Positions 46,856 to 56,439 of a stretch of DNA of 64,000 nt are shown here, piece after piece. Within the stretch, counting starts at the first letter, position 1. Each line of letters opens with the position of its first letter. The DNA lies in contig CAYTIA010000003.1 in NCBI GenBank assembly GCA_964437755.1, positions 7,641 through 71,640 of the forward strand, given 5' to 3'. The notes below the pieces were generated by a model. It was not told the origin of the DNA, did no database searches, and saw only the letters and a program-made list of their open reading frames with translations. The DNA is from an uncultured Pseudomonadales bacterium (GTDB lineage: Bacteria; Patescibacteriota; Microgenomatia; UBA1400; PJMF01). The translations under genes and the position numbers were made by a program.

Positions 46856-47421
46856 AGTTCTTTAATAAAATTATTTATCTCTTTTGAGATATGTTCGTCA
46901 CCTAATAGAATGTTTACCCATGGAGCATACTTACTCTCGTCATTCTTTAATTGAGATAATAGCTCATCCCAATTTATATACTCATAATCACTAACTTCTT
47001 TTTTATTAAAATCTGGCTTCTTAGAAAACTGCCCCACAAACACTGTATCAATCTCATTCTCGCTATACCCATTATTAAACTCATAAAAATATCTAACTGT
47101 TCCAATTTTTTTTAGTTGGACGCCAGCAATATTCAGCTCTTCCATCAATCTTCTAAGAGCACACTCCAAATGAGTTTCTCCCTGCCTAACATTACCGCAG
47201 GCAGTATTGGCCCAAAGTTCCGCTGCTACAATTTTATGAATACTTCTTTTTTGAATTAGCAACTGCCCCAAACTATTAAATAAAAACACGCTTATTGCTC
47301 GATGAAGGTTTCCTTTTCCCATATGAGCTTTATCTTTTCCCATCTGACCAATCACCTGGTTCTTTTCATTAACAATAATCACTTTATCTAGGTTTGTTGA
47401 GTCCATCGCTCCCATTTCCAC
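46852..47421 (-). CDS. idi: Isopentenyl-diphosphate delta-isomerase, type 1 (Nudix)
   Basis: 'HRAISVFLFNSLGQLLIQKRSIHK' and the Nudix box 'ETHLECALRRLMEELNI'. Confidence 0.75.
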   Translation of the reverse strand: MEMGAMDSTNLDKVIIVNEKNQVIGQMGKDKAHMGKGNLHRAISVFLFNSLGQLLIQKRSIHKIVAAELWANTACGNVRQGETHLECALRRLMEELNIAGVQLKKIGTVRYFYEFNNGYSENEIDTVFVGQFSKKPDFNKKEVSDYEYINWDELLSQLKNDESKYAPWVNILLGDEHISKEINNFIKEL

Positions 47422-47542
47422 TAATTAATTTAAGGTAGTATACCATCTCGAAAGATGAAAATTGCTTGAATGATAATTAACAAAAATTCCGACTAATTAT
47501 TTACTTGTTATTACAAGAATTTTTTATTAAACAAATGTATTT

Positions 47543-48406
47543 ATGCCAATTGAAATAATTGTCGCCCAGCCTCATGGATTTTGTGGAGACTCAGTTTTTG
47601 GAGTTAGTGCCGCAATCAGCAAAGCTATTGAGGCCAGCAAAGAATATCCAGGCAATACTTTTTTACTTAAAGAAATTGTTCATAACTCTCATGTAGTAAA
47701 CTGGCTTTTTGACAAATATGGTTTAAAAACAGTTTCAAGTTTAGAAGAAATTCCGGAAGGCTCTGTTGTTGTTCTGAGATCTCATGGTTCATCTCCAGAA
47801 ACATATCAACTAGCCAAACAAAGAAACTTAACAATCATTGATACTACCTGTCCCCTAGTTATTGGAGCTCAAAGACAAGCTAAGAAACTCGCCAACAAAG
47901 GAAGAAAAATTATATATCTTGCTAGTGCCAAAGATCATGATGAAGCTATAAGTGTTTACTATCAGGCACCCGATTCAACAACAATTACAACACTTAATGA
48001 AATTCTTGATTTAAAAATAGAAGATCCCGAAAACACCATAATTTTAACCCAAACAACCCTATCAACTCTTGAAACAGCTAAAGTGTTTTCTCAATTGAAA
48101 AAAAGATATCCCATGATTACAATAGTCCCCCACATCTGCCCTGCCACCACCGCTCGACAACAAGCAGTGATTAAGTTGGCAAAAGAGATCGGTTTTGTGA
48201 TTATTGTTGGTCATCCAACCAGCTCTAACTCCAACAGATTAAAAGAGGTTGCAACTGATTCTGGAGCTGAGGCTTATATAGTTGATACGGAAACGGATTT
48301 GCAGAAAAAGTGGTTTATTAACAAAAAGAAAGTAGCTATAAGCTCCGGGGCAAGTACTCCAGACTGGTTGCTCCAGAGAGTTATAGATAAAATCAAGGAA
48401 ATCTAG
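47543..48406 (+). CDS. ispH: 4-hydroxy-3-methylbut-2-enyl diphosphate reductase
   Basis: 'AQPHGFCGDSVFGV', 'EIVHNSHVV' and a C-terminal 'VGHPTSSNSNRL' region with conserved Cys. Confidence 0.8.
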   Translation: MPIEIIVAQPHGFCGDSVFGVSAAISKAIEASKEYPGNTFLLKEIVHNSHVVNWLFDKYGLKTVSSLEEIPEGSVVVLRSHGSSPETYQLAKQRNLTIIDTTCPLVIGAQRQAKKLANKGRKIIYLASAKDHDEAISVYYQAPDSTTITTLNEILDLKIEDPENTIILTQTTLSTLETAKVFSQLKKRYPMITIVPHICPATTARQQAVIKLAKEIGFVIIVGHPTSSNSNRLKEVATDSGAEAYIVDTETDLQKKWFINKKKVAISSGASTPDWLLQRVIDKIKEI

Positions 48407-48418
48407 ATAGATTAGTTT

Positions 48419-49552
48419 ATGAAAAGAATTGCAATTCTTGGTTCAACTGGACAAATTGGAACTCAAGCGCTTGAGGTTATTTCACACCACCCTGATGAAT
48501 TAAGCGTTGTCAGTTTAGTCTGCAATAATCCATCGAAATTGTTTTTAGAACAAGTCAAAAAATTTTCTCCCAAACACGCAATTGCTGCTTCAAGAGACGG
48601 AGATGAGGCTGTTGTTGCTGCCACAATTGATCCAGAAGTAGATTTAGTAATTGTAGCGGTTGTTGGTACTGCAGGAGTTCTTCCAACCCTTGAAGCAATT
48701 AGACACAATAAAACAATCGCTTTGGCAACAAAAGAGGTTTTAGTACTGGCCGGAGAGATAATAATGGATGAAGCATTAAAATATCATTCCTCAATAATTC
48801 CTCTAGATAGTGAACACTCAGCAATTTTTTCTTTAATCAATCAAACAAAAAATAAAGAAATTAGGAATATTTACATAACCATGGGAGAAGGACCTATTGC
48901 GAAAATGAGTTCTGAACAACTTTCTAGAGTTACCATTAAAGATGTGAATAATCGCCCAAAGTGGACCATGGGAACAAAAATAGCTGTGGATAGTGCTACC
49001 TGTATAAATAAAACGTTTGAAGTAATAGAAGCACATTGGTTATTTGGGTTAACTCCGAATCAAATAAAGATTGTGGTTCATCCTGAATATTTGTGCCACT
49101 CTCTAGTTGAGTTCGTAGATGGTTCTATTGCAGCAGAAATCGGTACACCAGACATGAAACGCTATATTCACTACGCATTGTTTTATCCTGAAAGAAAAAC
49201 CTCGGGGTTTAGCTCTTATTTAGATTTATATGGCCAGTCACTCTCATTTAAAAAGTCGCCAATTGATAAGTTCCCCTGTCTTGGTTTTGGTCATCGAGTC
49301 ATAGCCGAAGATAAATTAATGCCAGCAGTATTGCACGGTGCAGATCGGGCAGCGGTAGAGGCTTTTGTCAATAAAAAAGCTTTTTTCACCGATATTCCAA
49401 CAATTATTACTAGAACACTAGATTTTTTTAGTAACCAAATTTCAAAAAAATCAACAATCTTATCTAAGGAGAAAGATGTTGATCAAAAACTTAAAATAAT
49501 TCTAGACATTGAGCAATCAGCATACATACAAGCACAACAATATTTAAATTAA
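48419..49552 (+). CDS. dxr: 1-deoxy-D-xylulose 5-phosphate reductoisomerase
   Basis: 'KRIAILGSTGQIGTQALEV' NADPH-binding N-terminus. 'LATKEVLVLAGEI' and 'PLDSEHSAIF' catalytic motifs. Confidence 0.85.
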   Translation: MKRIAILGSTGQIGTQALEVISHHPDELSVVSLVCNNPSKLFLEQVKKFSPKHAIAASRDGDEAVVAATIDPEVDLVIVAVVGTAGVLPTLEAIRHNKTIALATKEVLVLAGEIIMDEALKYHSSIIPLDSEHSAIFSLINQTKNKEIRNIYITMGEGPIAKMSSEQLSRVTIKDVNNRPKWTMGTKIAVDSATCINKTFEVIEAHWLFGLTPNQIKIVVHPEYLCHSLVEFVDGSIAAEIGTPDMKRYIHYALFYPERKTSGFSSYLDLYGQSLSFKKSPIDKFPCLGFGHRVIAEDKLMPAVLHGADRAAVEAFVNKKAFFTDIPTIITRTLDFFSNQISKKSTILSKEKDVDQKLKIILDIEQSAYIQAQQYLN

Positions 49553-49566
49553 ATTAACAAACACGC

Positions 49567-50259
49567 ATGACATCAGCAATTATTACTTGCGCCGGAAACC
49601 ACACAAGATTTGGAACAAATAAATTACTTGCAGATTTATGCGGTAAACCTGTTTTTATTAGAACAATTGAAAGTTTTTCAAAAGTTAGATCAATCTCGGA
49701 AATAATTGTGTCTGTTAGAAAAGAACACTACTCTCTTTATCAAAAACTTGTTCAAGAAAATGGATTATCTAAAGTTATATTAACCGAAGGAGGAAAGGAA
49801 AGATTTTTATCAGCTTTTAACGGTGTAAGAAAGTGTAAGAGCTCAAAAGTATTAATACATGATGGCGCAAGACCGCTTGTTTCTCCAAAATTAATCAAGA
49901 GAGTTGTTCAAGCTATTTCTGAACCATCTACTCATGCAGTTATTACAGCGCTTAGGCCTGTCACTTGTATAAAAAGAGGTCGAGAGTTTCAAGTTGAAGA
50001 GTGTCTCGATCGATCTGCTACTTGGGTAGCACAAACACCCCATGCCTATGATAAAGAGTTAATTCTAAAGGCTTACCAAAGGGCAATTGATAATGATGAT
50101 TTTAATGCGATGGATGATAGTGAGCTTGTATTCGCTTATAAAGTTCCAATAAAAGTTGTCGAGGGCGAAGACCACAATTTAAAAATCACGGTTCCAACAG
50201 ACCTTACCATTGCAAGATGTTTATATCAATCTCTTAATAACTCAGAAAGTAAAAAATGA
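49567..50259 (+). CDS. ispD: 2-C-methyl-D-erythritol 4-phosphate cytidylyltransferase
   Basis: 'AIITCAGNHTRFG' P-loop-like N-terminus and IspD length. 4-nt overlap with ispF. Confidence 0.7.
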   Translation: MTSAIITCAGNHTRFGTNKLLADLCGKPVFIRTIESFSKVRSISEIIVSVRKEHYSLYQKLVQENGLSKVILTEGGKERFLSAFNGVRKCKSSKVLIHDGARPLVSPKLIKRVVQAISEPSTHAVITALRPVTCIKRGREFQVEECLDRSATWVAQTPHAYDKELILKAYQRAIDNDDFNAMDDSELVFAYKVPIKVVEGEDHNLKITVPTDLTIARCLYQSLNNSESKK

Positions 50260-50762
50260 TTAGAGTTGGATTAGGGCAAGACAGCCACCCATTAATAAAA
50301 AAAAGCTCTGCAGATAAGCAAAAAATGCTGACATTGGGAGGAATGGAAATTGAGTGCGATTACTATCTTAAAGCAGATTCTGACGGCGATGTGATTATTC
50401 ACGCTGTTTGTAATGCTCTTTCCACAGCGATTGGAGAGGGCTCTCTAGACACATGGACTGGCAAGATGTTTAGACGAGGAATTACTGACAGCAAAAAGTT
50501 TTTGGAGCCTATTTTAAAAAGAATCAATGATAAAAATTTTCAAATCGCAAACCTATCAATCATGATCGAGGCTTCACAGCCAAAATTAGAAAAATATAGA
50601 GAGAATATTAGTAACTCTTTAGCCAAACTTTTAAACATTTCTCTAGATCAAATCGGCATGGCTTTTACTTCTGGAGAGGGTTTAACAAGTTTTGGTAAGG
50701 GAAAAGCTATCCAGGCTTTTTGTAATGTATTAATTGTACAAAAAAATTCCAATCCAGTTTAA
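50256..50762 (+). CDS. ispF: 2-C-methyl-D-erythritol 2,4-cyclodiphosphate synthase
   Basis: 'IRVGLGQDSHPL' and 'SDGDVIIHAVCNAL' zinc/substrate motifs. Confidence 0.85.
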   Translation: MIRVGLGQDSHPLIKKSSADKQKMLTLGGMEIECDYYLKADSDGDVIIHAVCNALSTAIGEGSLDTWTGKMFRRGITDSKKFLEPILKRINDKNFQIANLSIMIEASQPKLEKYRENISNSLAKLLNISLDQIGMAFTSGEGLTSFGKGKAIQAFCNVLIVQKNSNPV

Positions 50763-50772
50763 AAAAATATTT

Positions 50773-51675
50773 ATGCTGGCAAAACATTTTCTCACCACTC
50801 TATCTCCAGCAAAAGTTAATCTTGGTCTCTCGATTTTAAATAAGTTACCAAATGGTTATCATGAGGTTAAAACCATTTATAGTCAGATCTCATTATTTGA
50901 TGAGCTATCTTTTATATTACTCGATACAGACGATGTGACACTAAAATCTAACTCGTCTGAAATTCCTAAAGATGAAAAAAATTTAGTTATTAAAGTTGCA
51001 AAACTTATCCAAAAACAACTTGGAGTAAACAAAGGCGTTCATATTAAAATTACTAAAAATATTCCCATTGAATCTGGACTTGGTGGAGGCAGCTCCAACG
51101 CAGCTCAAACAATTCTAGCCGTCAATCAGTTATGGAAGTTAAATCTAACTCAATCAGAGATGATTGAGTTAGCAAAAACTATTGGGGCAGATGTAGCGTA
51201 TCAACTAGAGGGAGGTATTAAACTCGAAACCCAAGGAGGAAAGGGTTCTGGTCAATTTGAAAATCTTCCAAACTTACCAAAGTGTTTAATCGTCCTTTGT
51301 TTTCCTGGAGTTAGTATTTCAAGTTTTTTGGCATATGAAGAGTTTGACAGGTTTAAAACTAAAGAATACACAACTCAAGCAAATAATTTAGCACCATTGA
51401 TTGAGGCTATAAAAAAGCAAAACATAAGCCTTATTGGAAGAGGTCTTTTCAACGATTTTGAAACTCTAATATTCAAAAAATATCCTCTATTAAAAGGTAT
51501 TAAAAATCAAATGATAGAATATGGAGCACAAGGAGCACTGCTCAGCGGAAAAGGATCATCGGTTTTTGGTTTATTTTCAAACAAAACAGATGCTCAAAAA
51601 ACCTATGAGAAATTACTTAAAAAATATCCCCATACTTATTTAACAACACCATATGAAAAAGAGGAAAAAAACTAA
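50773..51675 (+). CDS. ispE: 4-diphosphocytidyl-2-C-methyl-D-erythritol kinase
   Basis: 'SPAKVNLGLSIL' N-terminus and a GHMP kinase motif 'PIESGLGGGSSNAA'. Start set at ATG 50773; the track ORF begins at 50734. Confidence 0.8.
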   Translation: MLAKHFLTTLSPAKVNLGLSILNKLPNGYHEVKTIYSQISLFDELSFILLDTDDVTLKSNSSEIPKDEKNLVIKVAKLIQKQLGVNKGVHIKITKNIPIESGLGGGSSNAAQTILAVNQLWKLNLTQSEMIELAKTIGADVAYQLEGGIKLETQGGKGSGQFENLPNLPKCLIVLCFPGVSISSFLAYEEFDRFKTKEYTTQANNLAPLIEAIKKQNISLIGRGLFNDFETLIFKKYPLLKGIKNQMIEYGAQGALLSGKGSSVFGLFSNKTDAQKTYEKLLKKYPHTYLTTPYEKEEKN

Positions 51676-52717
51676 AAAAATTAAGGTTGGAGACATTTAC
51701 ATTGGAGGAGATTCTCCCATTACTGTTCAATCAATGATAAAGGTAGATGCCAGAGATGCTAAGGCTGTTTTAAAACAAATTCACGAGTTAGAAGAGGTTG
51801 GTTGTGAAATCATTAGAATGAACATTCTAGACAATGCTGGACTAGAAACTTTTAAGATTATCTCAAAAAAGGCCCATATTCCTGTGGTAGCAGACATTCA
51901 CTTCGATTATCGATGGGCTATTCAAGCAATGGAGTTTGGAGTTCAAAAAGTAAGAATAAATCCTGGAAATATTGGAGATGAATCAAAAGTCGCAAAAGTT
52001 GTTGAAAAAGCAAAAAAATTTCACGTTCCTATCAGAATCGGGGTAAATTCTGGATCAATAGAAAAAGAGCTTTTGCAAAAATACAAACATCCAACAGCTG
52101 AAGCAATGGTTGAGTCAGCTGCTCGGCACATTGAGATGTTAGAAAAACATGATTTTGATCAAATTATAGTTTCCCTTAAAGCTTCAAATGTTAGACTGAT
52201 GACCGAAGCAAACCGCTTATTTTCAACAAAATATGACTATCCCCTACATTTGGGAGTAACAGAAGCCGGACCAGAAAAACTAGGAACTATTAAATCTAGT
52301 GTAGGCATAGGAAGCTTGCTATTAGACGGCATAGGAGACACAATAAGAGTATCTTTAAGCGGGGATCCTAAAGAAGAAATTTTTGTTGGTAAAGAGTTGC
52401 TGAAATCTCTTGATTTAAGACAAGGCCCAACTCTTATTTCTTGCCCCACTTGTAGCAGAACTCAATATGACATGATTCCTCTAGTTAAAAAAGTAGAAAA
52501 ATACTTAAAAAAAATTGATAAACCAATAAAAGTCGCCATTATGGGCTGTATTGTTAATGGCCCAGGCGAAGCAAGAGAGGCAGATGTAGGAATTGCCGGA
52601 GGTCGAAATTCAGGAGTGTTGTTTATCAAAGGAGAAATTGTGAAAAAAGTTGAGGAAGACAAGATGTATGAAGAACTCATTAACACAGTTGAGTCAATAA
52701 TTAACAAAAATAAGTAG
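51653..52717 (+). CDS. ispG: 4-hydroxy-3-methylbut-2-en-1-yl diphosphate synthase (GcpE)
   Basis: 'KVGDIYIGGDSPITVQSM' N-terminus. 'CPTCSR' and 'AIMGCIVNGPGEA' Fe-S cysteines. Confidence 0.85.
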   Translation: MKKRKKTKKIKVGDIYIGGDSPITVQSMIKVDARDAKAVLKQIHELEEVGCEIIRMNILDNAGLETFKIISKKAHIPVVADIHFDYRWAIQAMEFGVQKVRINPGNIGDESKVAKVVEKAKKFHVPIRIGVNSGSIEKELLQKYKHPTAEAMVESAARHIEMLEKHDFDQIIVSLKASNVRLMTEANRLFSTKYDYPLHLGVTEAGPEKLGTIKSSVGIGSLLLDGIGDTIRVSLSGDPKEEIFVGKELLKSLDLRQGPTLISCPTCSRTQYDMIPLVKKVEKYLKKIDKPIKVAIMGCIVNGPGEAREADVGIAGGRNSGVLFIKGEIVKKVEEDKMYEELINTVESIINKNK

Positions 52718-52773
52718 TTTAGTTCCACTGAGTTGTTCGCCTGTGATAAAATCTTCAAGAAAGAGGATATTTA

Positions 52774-55035
52774 ATGTTACCTAAAAACTATAACCACCAG
52801 CAATACGAGCAAGATATTTATGATCTTTGGGAAAAGAATAACTCCTTTAATCCAGATTACAAAAAATCTTCAAAAAAAACTAACTCACAAACTCCATTTA
52901 CGATAATCATGCCTCCACCAAATGCAAATGATCCTCTTCACGTGGGTCACGCGATGTTTGTGACGGTTGAAGATATTTTAATACGTTTCCACAGAATGCT
53001 TGGAGATGACACCCTCTGGCTTCCTGGCACCGATCACGCCGGAATCGAAACTCAGTTTGTATATGAAAAAAAATTGCAAAAAGAAGACAAGTCTCGTTTT
53101 GATTTTGATCGTGAAACCTTGTACAAAAATATTTGGGATTATGTTCAGGAGAATTCTGATACAGCCGTTTCTCAAATTAAAAAGCTTGGTGCTAGCGCTG
53201 ATTGGTCGAGATTTAAATTTACTTTAGATGAAGATATTGTTAAAACAGTTCTAGAAACTTTTATAAAACTTAACAAAAAAGGATTGATTTATCGAGCAAA
53301 TAGATTAGTAAATTACTGTACAAAATGTGGAACTGGCTTCAGCGAACTTGAGATTAATCATCAAGAACAGCTCTCTTGTCTTTATTATATTAAGTATGGT
53401 CCACTAGTTGTAGCAACCACTCGTCCTGAAACCAAGTTTGCTGATATAGCGCTTGCTGTCCATCCCAATGATAAAAGATATCAAAAATACGTGGGCTCAG
53501 TTTTAGAAATTCCGTGTATTCATCAAACTTTTCATTTACCAGTAATTGCTGACGAGTTTGTTGATCCGAAGTTTGGAACTGGCGTAGTAAAAATCACCCC
53601 ATATCATGATAAAAATGATTTTGATTTCTGGCAAAGACATCAGAACAATCCCCTTCTTAAAAACACCGTTCCTGACACAGCAATTAATTATGATGGAAGA
53701 CTCACAAAACTTGCTGGTCCACTCGAGGGATTAACTGTATTCTCAGGAAGAAAAGAAGTTGTTGCAAAACTTGAAGAAAAAAAGCTTTTAGTAAAAATTG
53801 ATGACAAACACAAAAACAATTTAGCTACTTGCTACAGATGTAAAAGAGCCATTGAACCTCTCCCCTTATCTCAATTTTACATTAAAACTAAACCTCTCAT
53901 CGAACCCGTATTAGAGGCTTTAGAAAACAAAGAGGTGAAAATTTATGGCGCTGGACATGACAAAATTCTTAAGCATTGGCTAGAAATCTTAGACGATTGG
54001 AATATTAGTCGTCAAATTGTTTGGGGAATTCGCATTCCCGTTTGGTATGACACTAATACTAATCCTGACTTGAGAGTTATTTTCTTTGACAAAAACAAAG
54101 AAAAAATTTCCGGAATTATCGGTGAACTAACTCAAAAATATTCTCTTGAGGAGATTAAAAAAGGTCTCCAATCTCTTAGTGCTTCAGCTAAAGCAAACTA
54201 TGAGATTTCATTAACCGAGCCTTCTTCAAACCATATTCAAGAAACCGATACGTTTGATACCTGGTTTTCTTCGAGCCAATGGCCAGTAGCAACGCTTTTA
54301 AACTCAAACGATGATGATTTTGAGCGCTTCTACCCCACTCAGGTAATGGAAACAGCCTATGACATTTTGATGTTTTGGGTAATGAGAATGTTAATGATGG
54401 GGATATTTCTTACAAACAAAGTTCCATTTAAAAATGTTTATCTCCATGGACTGATTAGAGACTCTAAAGGACGAAAGATGAGCAAGAGCGTGGGCAATGT
54501 TATTAATCCGCTTCAAATAACCGAAAAATACGGCGCTGACGCGCTGAGAATGGCGCTTATAATTCGATCGTCGGCCGGTTTAGACAAGTCTGTCGGAGAT
54601 GCTGATTTCAAGGCAGCCAGAAACTTAACCAATAAGCTCTGGAATGCAGCTAGATATATTCTGTTATCAATAGAAGAAAAATCAGATAAATCGATCCAAA
54701 CTGATAAAACTTCAAAGAGTTTTGACAAAATATTTTTAGAAAAACTTGGCTTAATCACTAACGATATAACTAACCAGCTTGATAAGTTTCAAATCGGTTT
54801 AGCAGCCGATACAGTTTATTCAGAATTTTGGCACTGGTTCTGCGATATCTGTATTGAAGAGAATAAAAAAGGTAATTTATCTGACTACTTGTTACTTGAG
54901 GGACTTGCAACATTTTTAAAACTATTCCACCCATTTATTCCTTTTGTAACGGAACAGCTTTGGCAAACTCTTTTCGAAATGGAATTAGTCTCAGAACCAT
55001 TGTTAATTTTAAGTTCCTGGCCAAAGAATCTTTAA
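52774..55035 (+). CDS. valS: Valyl-tRNA synthetase (short form lacking the C-terminal coiled-coil)
   Basis: 'PPPNANDPLHVGHA' (PPPN..HxGH), 'GTDHAGIETQ' and 'KMSKSVGN'. 753 aa. Confidence 0.7.
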   Translation: MLPKNYNHQQYEQDIYDLWEKNNSFNPDYKKSSKKTNSQTPFTIIMPPPNANDPLHVGHAMFVTVEDILIRFHRMLGDDTLWLPGTDHAGIETQFVYEKKLQKEDKSRFDFDRETLYKNIWDYVQENSDTAVSQIKKLGASADWSRFKFTLDEDIVKTVLETFIKLNKKGLIYRANRLVNYCTKCGTGFSELEINHQEQLSCLYYIKYGPLVVATTRPETKFADIALAVHPNDKRYQKYVGSVLEIPCIHQTFHLPVIADEFVDPKFGTGVVKITPYHDKNDFDFWQRHQNNPLLKNTVPDTAINYDGRLTKLAGPLEGLTVFSGRKEVVAKLEEKKLLVKIDDKHKNNLATCYRCKRAIEPLPLSQFYIKTKPLIEPVLEALENKEVKIYGAGHDKILKHWLEILDDWNISRQIVWGIRIPVWYDTNTNPDLRVIFFDKNKEKISGIIGELTQKYSLEEIKKGLQSLSASAKANYEISLTEPSSNHIQETDTFDTWFSSSQWPVATLLNSNDDDFERFYPTQVMETAYDILMFWVMRMLMMGIFLTNKVPFKNVYLHGLIRDSKGRKMSKSVGNVINPLQITEKYGADALRMALIIRSSAGLDKSVGDADFKAARNLTNKLWNAARYILLSIEEKSDKSIQTDKTSKSFDKIFLEKLGLITNDITNQLDKFQIGLAADTVYSEFWHWFCDICIEENKKGNLSDYLLLEGLATFLKLFHPFIPFVTEQLWQTLFEMELVSEPLLILSSWPKNL

Positions 55036-55050
55036 TTTTATAACTTAAGT

Positions 55051-55509
55051 GTGAAAAAAAATATAAAGAATTATCTCTTTGCTCTCAAAATCTTGTTGGG
55101 AATTGCTCAGTCACTTTTCTCTTTTTCTTTTTCCCTCTTCTCTTCTCAGATTAACAAAAATCTTGCCCTAATGATCGCTTATTTTTTGATCTTTACTCAA
55201 GTAATTATTATTTTTTCATACTACAACCAAACAAGAATTGAACAAAAAAGTTCTTTAGCAACCTATAATACTATCGTTAGTGATGGGTTTAACTTAAGCA
55301 GGATCAATACAATTGAAGTTTTTTCAACAGACAATGTTGATTGTAGCCATGAACTTGTAGACAAGCCAATAAATAGCTCTCTATTATCAAGAGATTTTAT
55401 TATTAACTGTGCATTTAAACACCTGGCTTCTGGAAACGAAGAGCAATATTTAAAAAATATCGAGCTCGCCAAACAAATAGATCCAAACTGGATTGGTTGG
55501 AAAAAATAA
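55051..55509 (+). CDS. Hypothetical membrane-anchored protein
   Basis: ORF with N-terminal hydrophobic segments only. GTG start. Confidence 0.3.
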   Translation: MKKNIKNYLFALKILLGIAQSLFSFSFSLFSSQINKNLALMIAYFLIFTQVIIIFSYYNQTRIEQKSSLATYNTIVSDGFNLSRINTIEVFSTDNVDCSHELVDKPINSSLLSRDFIINCAFKHLASGNEEQYLKNIELAKQIDPNWIGWKK

Positions 55510-55538
55510 ATTCGTTAACTAAAGAAAAAAAACAGCAA

Positions 55539-56219
55539 TTATTTACTACTCTCCTCTTCTGATTTGTTTCCTTTATCCTTAGAGCTGTCTTTTGTTTCAT
55601 CTTCCTCATCTTTTTCTTTTTCACCAATTATCTCTGTTTCTAGTTCTTCAGTCTCTTCCTCTACTTCTTCCCTAACTTCCTGAACAAGAATAATAGGTGC
55701 CTCTTCACCCTCTTCTCCAATAATCAGCTTTACCTTGTTTCTATCAAAAACCAGATCAGCTAAAGTAATTGATTGACCTATCTCAGTTAAAGACTCAATG
55801 TTAATCTCAAAATGTTCAGGTAAATCTGTTGGAAGGGCTTCTACTTCAATTTCATCTCTAACGGTTACAAGTACTGCATCAGGAACATCAAATTTCCCAA
55901 CCAAAACCACCGGAATAAGAGCTTCTGTTTTTTGTTTAAGGTCTACAGCCCTGAATGAAACATGAACTGGAGTATCTTTTGTGGGGTGCCACTGAACCTC
56001 CTCAATCATAACGGGAATCTCAGTTTTATCTAATGATAGATACGCCACAGCCGACTCACCAACAACAGAATACATTGATAAAAAATCCTTTGTATTAATA
56101 ACTATTGACCTCGATTCCTTGTTTGATTGAAAAATGTTTGCAGGAACGCCTGTTTTTCTAATCTTATTTAAATTTTCTTTTACAGCTCTTAATTGAACGT
56201 TATAAATGTTTTTTTTCAT
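55539..56219 (-). CDS. rplY: 50S ribosomal protein L25 / general stress protein Ctc, with an acidic C-terminal tail
   Basis: 'NVQLRAVKENLNKIRKTGVPANIF' L25 N-terminus, a beta-barrel region 'HPTKDTPVHVSFRAV', and an E/D-rich C-terminus. Confidence 0.7.
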   Translation of the reverse strand: MKKNIYNVQLRAVKENLNKIRKTGVPANIFQSNKESRSIVINTKDFLSMYSVVGESAVAYLSLDKTEIPVMIEEVQWHPTKDTPVHVSFRAVDLKQKTEALIPVVLVGKFDVPDAVLVTVRDEIEVEALPTDLPEHFEINIESLTEIGQSITLADLVFDRNKVKLIIGEEGEEAPIILVQEVREEVEEETEELETEIIGEKEKDEEDETKDSSKDKGNKSEEESSK

Positions 56220-56439
56220 ATAAATGTGTCGTTAGCTAATCATTGTTAATTAGTCTTAAAAAATTGTAAATTATTTATTAACTTTCTAAGCGGGACATTG
56301 TATCAGATATGAAGCATTGTGTAAAAGAGCACTCTTACAGTATAGGAGAGATGTATTTATACACATTTTATATGTATTTTTCACGTGCTGTTATTACACA
56401 TCTTTGTATATTGATATACATAGGTTGGCTTTAATATAT

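Noticed and set aside
52462-52758. 98-aa minus-strand ORF overlapping the 3' end of ispG
   Set aside because: Fully embedded antisense to a strongly supported gene. No start or SD context. Spurious.
56220-56439. 220-bp AT-rich gap upstream of rplY examined for a tRNA, ncRNA or small ORF
   Set aside because: No cloverleaf, no conserved ncRNA motif recognizable by eye, and no ORF with a credible start. Most likely just the rplY promoter or leader.
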